Shown: positions 62,190 through 64,000 of the stretch, one piece after another | Numbering within the stretch: position 1 is the stretch's first letter | Layout of the letters: each line of letters begins with the position of its first letter | From: Scyliorhinus canicula | Lineage: Eukaryota | Length of the DNA stretch: 64,000 nt | Direction: 5' to 3' | Assembly: GCF_902713615.1 (NCBI RefSeq) | Contig: NC_052153.1 | Span: forward strand, 51,190,763 to 51,254,762 | Notes under the pieces: generated by a model | What the model was told of the DNA's origin: nothing | Seen by the model: only the letters and a program-made list of their open reading frames with translations | The model's database searches: none | Translations under genes and position numbers: made by a program

Positions 62190-63490
62190 AAGATGCTGGT
62201 ATTGTACATTCAGCTGAGGCAAGTGATTGTACTGCAAAATAATGGTACTGTAAGATTATGATTTCACAATTTTGCACTGTAATCTGGTGGTGATAGTACA
62301 ATCAATTGTATCTGTTTACTGTACAATAAGTTGGTGATTGTACAGGTATTGTACCTTAAGGTCGTGCAAATGTGCGACAAGAGGCTGAAGTGAATTTATA
62401 GCATGATTGTGATGCACGTCAATTGTATAATCAAGTGTGGATGATTTTACAATGATTTTACCACTGATTTTACAGTGGTGTGACTGCAGAATAATGTGGT
62501 GTAAATAATTGTACATTTTGATTGTACAGTAAACTAGTGATTGTTCAGTCGTACATGAATGCACACTAAGAATACACACTGTAAGATGGCGGTTGTGATT
62601 ACAATGCAAGAGGATGTTGATTGTATCTGCACTGGCTTTCAGTCTGGCAACACTGGGGCAGCATGGTTGCACAGTAGGCAGCACAGTTGCTTCACAGCTC
62701 CAGGGTCTCAGGTTCAATTCCGGCTTGTCTGTGCGGAGTCTGCATGTTCTCCCTGTGTCTGCGTGGGTTCCCTCCGGGTTCTCTGGTTTCCTCCCACAGT
62801 TCAAAGATGTGCAGGTAAGGTGGATTGGCCATTCTAAATTGCCCTTGGTGTCTAAAAAGGTTAGGTGGGGTTACTGGGTTACGGGGATAGGGTGGAGGTG
62901 TGGGCTTAGGTAGAGTGCTCTTTCCAAGGGCCGTGCAGACTTGATGAGCTGAATGGCCGCCTTCTGCACTGTAGGGATTCTATGATTATAATATTAAAGG
63001 TGCTATATAGATACATGTGGTGGTTGTTGTTGCATTTGTACAGTAAGGTGATATGTGATGATTGTATCACATGTAATGACTATAAACATTGCTCATGAGG
63101 GCGGCACGCGGTGCAGTGGTTAGCACTGGGACTGCGGCGCTGAGGACCCGGTTTTGAATCCTCGCCCTGGGTCACTGTACATGTGGAGTTTGCACATTCT
63201 CCCTGTGTCTGCTTGGGTTTCACCCCCACAACCCAAAGCTGTGTAGGTTAGGTGGATTGGCTATGCTAAATCGCTAAAAATAATTGGATACTCTAAATTT
63301 ATTTAAAAAAACATTGTACATGAGTTACGTAACTGTAGAGCATGATTACAGTGATTGTACTGTAAGATGTAGGTGATTGGACAGTAAGATGGTCCAAAGG
63401 ATGGCGATTGTGTAATAAAATGCTGATGAGCTTGTAAAATTGTGATTGTACAGGAAGGCCATCAAAATTGGCAGAATTAATTGTATTCCA
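62190..63490. repeat. Degenerate TGATTGTAC(A)-rich array interrupted by two SINEs
   Basis: Recurrent tgattgta/attgtaca motifs; a similar array lies at 41760-42240. Confidence 0.55.
62655..62990 (+). mobile_element. HE1-like SINE
   Basis: Head, core, tail. Confidence 0.85.
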
Positions 63491-63604
63491 CCATAACCTG
63501 CAACATTATGGCCTGGCAGGTCTCTCACTCATCCATTACCGTTCAGCCAGGTTATCAAACCTGCTTCAATGTGGAATGTAGAAGATCACAGAATGTAGAA
63601 GATA

Positions 63605-63957
63605 GGGGCAGCAGGGTAGCATGGTGGTTAGCATAAATGCTTCACAGCTCCAGGGTCCCAGGTTCGATTCCCGGCTGGGTCACTGTCTGTGTGGAGTCTG
63701 CACGTCCTCCCCCTGTGTGCGTGGGTTTCCTCCGGGTGCTCTGGTTTCCTCCCACAGTCCAAAGATGTGCGGGTTAGGTGGATTGGCCATGCTAAATTGC
63801 CCGTAGTGTCCTAATAAAAGTAAGGTTAAGGGGAGGGTTGTTGGGTTACGGGTATAGGGTGGATGCGTGGGTTTGAGTAGGGTGATCATGGCTCGGCACA
63901 ACATTGAGGGCTGAAGGGCCTGTTCTGTGCTGTACTGTTCTATGTTCTATGTTCTAT
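63605..63957 (+). mobile_element. Young HE1-like SINE
   Basis: Head, core, (GTTCTAT)n tail. Confidence 0.9.
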
Positions 63958-64000
63958 CATAATAGAAGCGGATTCACGTGTACCTGAAAATGAGGTGGCA

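Overview
Repeat-rich vertebrate genomic DNA. The SINE, CR1, Penelope and Gypsy content points to a cartilaginous fish, probably a shark. The only host exon I recognise is a 176-bp + strand exon at 58868-59043 encoding the Pax5 partial-homeodomain segment (equivalent to mammalian exon 6). The ~59 kb upstream is therefore most likely an expanded Pax5 intron 5. It holds a young 5'-truncated L1 with a 14-bp TSD and a near-full-length CR1 (esterase ORF1, open ORF2, SINE inside its 3' UTR). It also holds two decayed full-length Gypsy elements with paired LTRs and TSDs, a third older Gypsy remnant, several solo LTRs, Penelope and Rex fragments, GC-rich Harbinger-type MITEs, a Harbinger Myb-like gene remnant and about 25 tRNA-derived SINEs. 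Four observations stand out. (1) A HORMAD-like coding fragment at 15792-15963 looks spliced at its 5' junction, ends on an intact GT donor, and is followed by LINE debris and a tailed SINE, suggesting a partially spliced pre-mRNA retroposed through an intronic SINE tail. (2) A ~630-bp patchwork at 11.6-12.25 kb is built from three pieces of the 13-20 kb region joined by microhomologies. (3) The CR1 carries a SINE as possible cargo. (4) Inverted young SINE copies bracket the Pax5 exon. All family names come from my own motif recognition; no searches were run.
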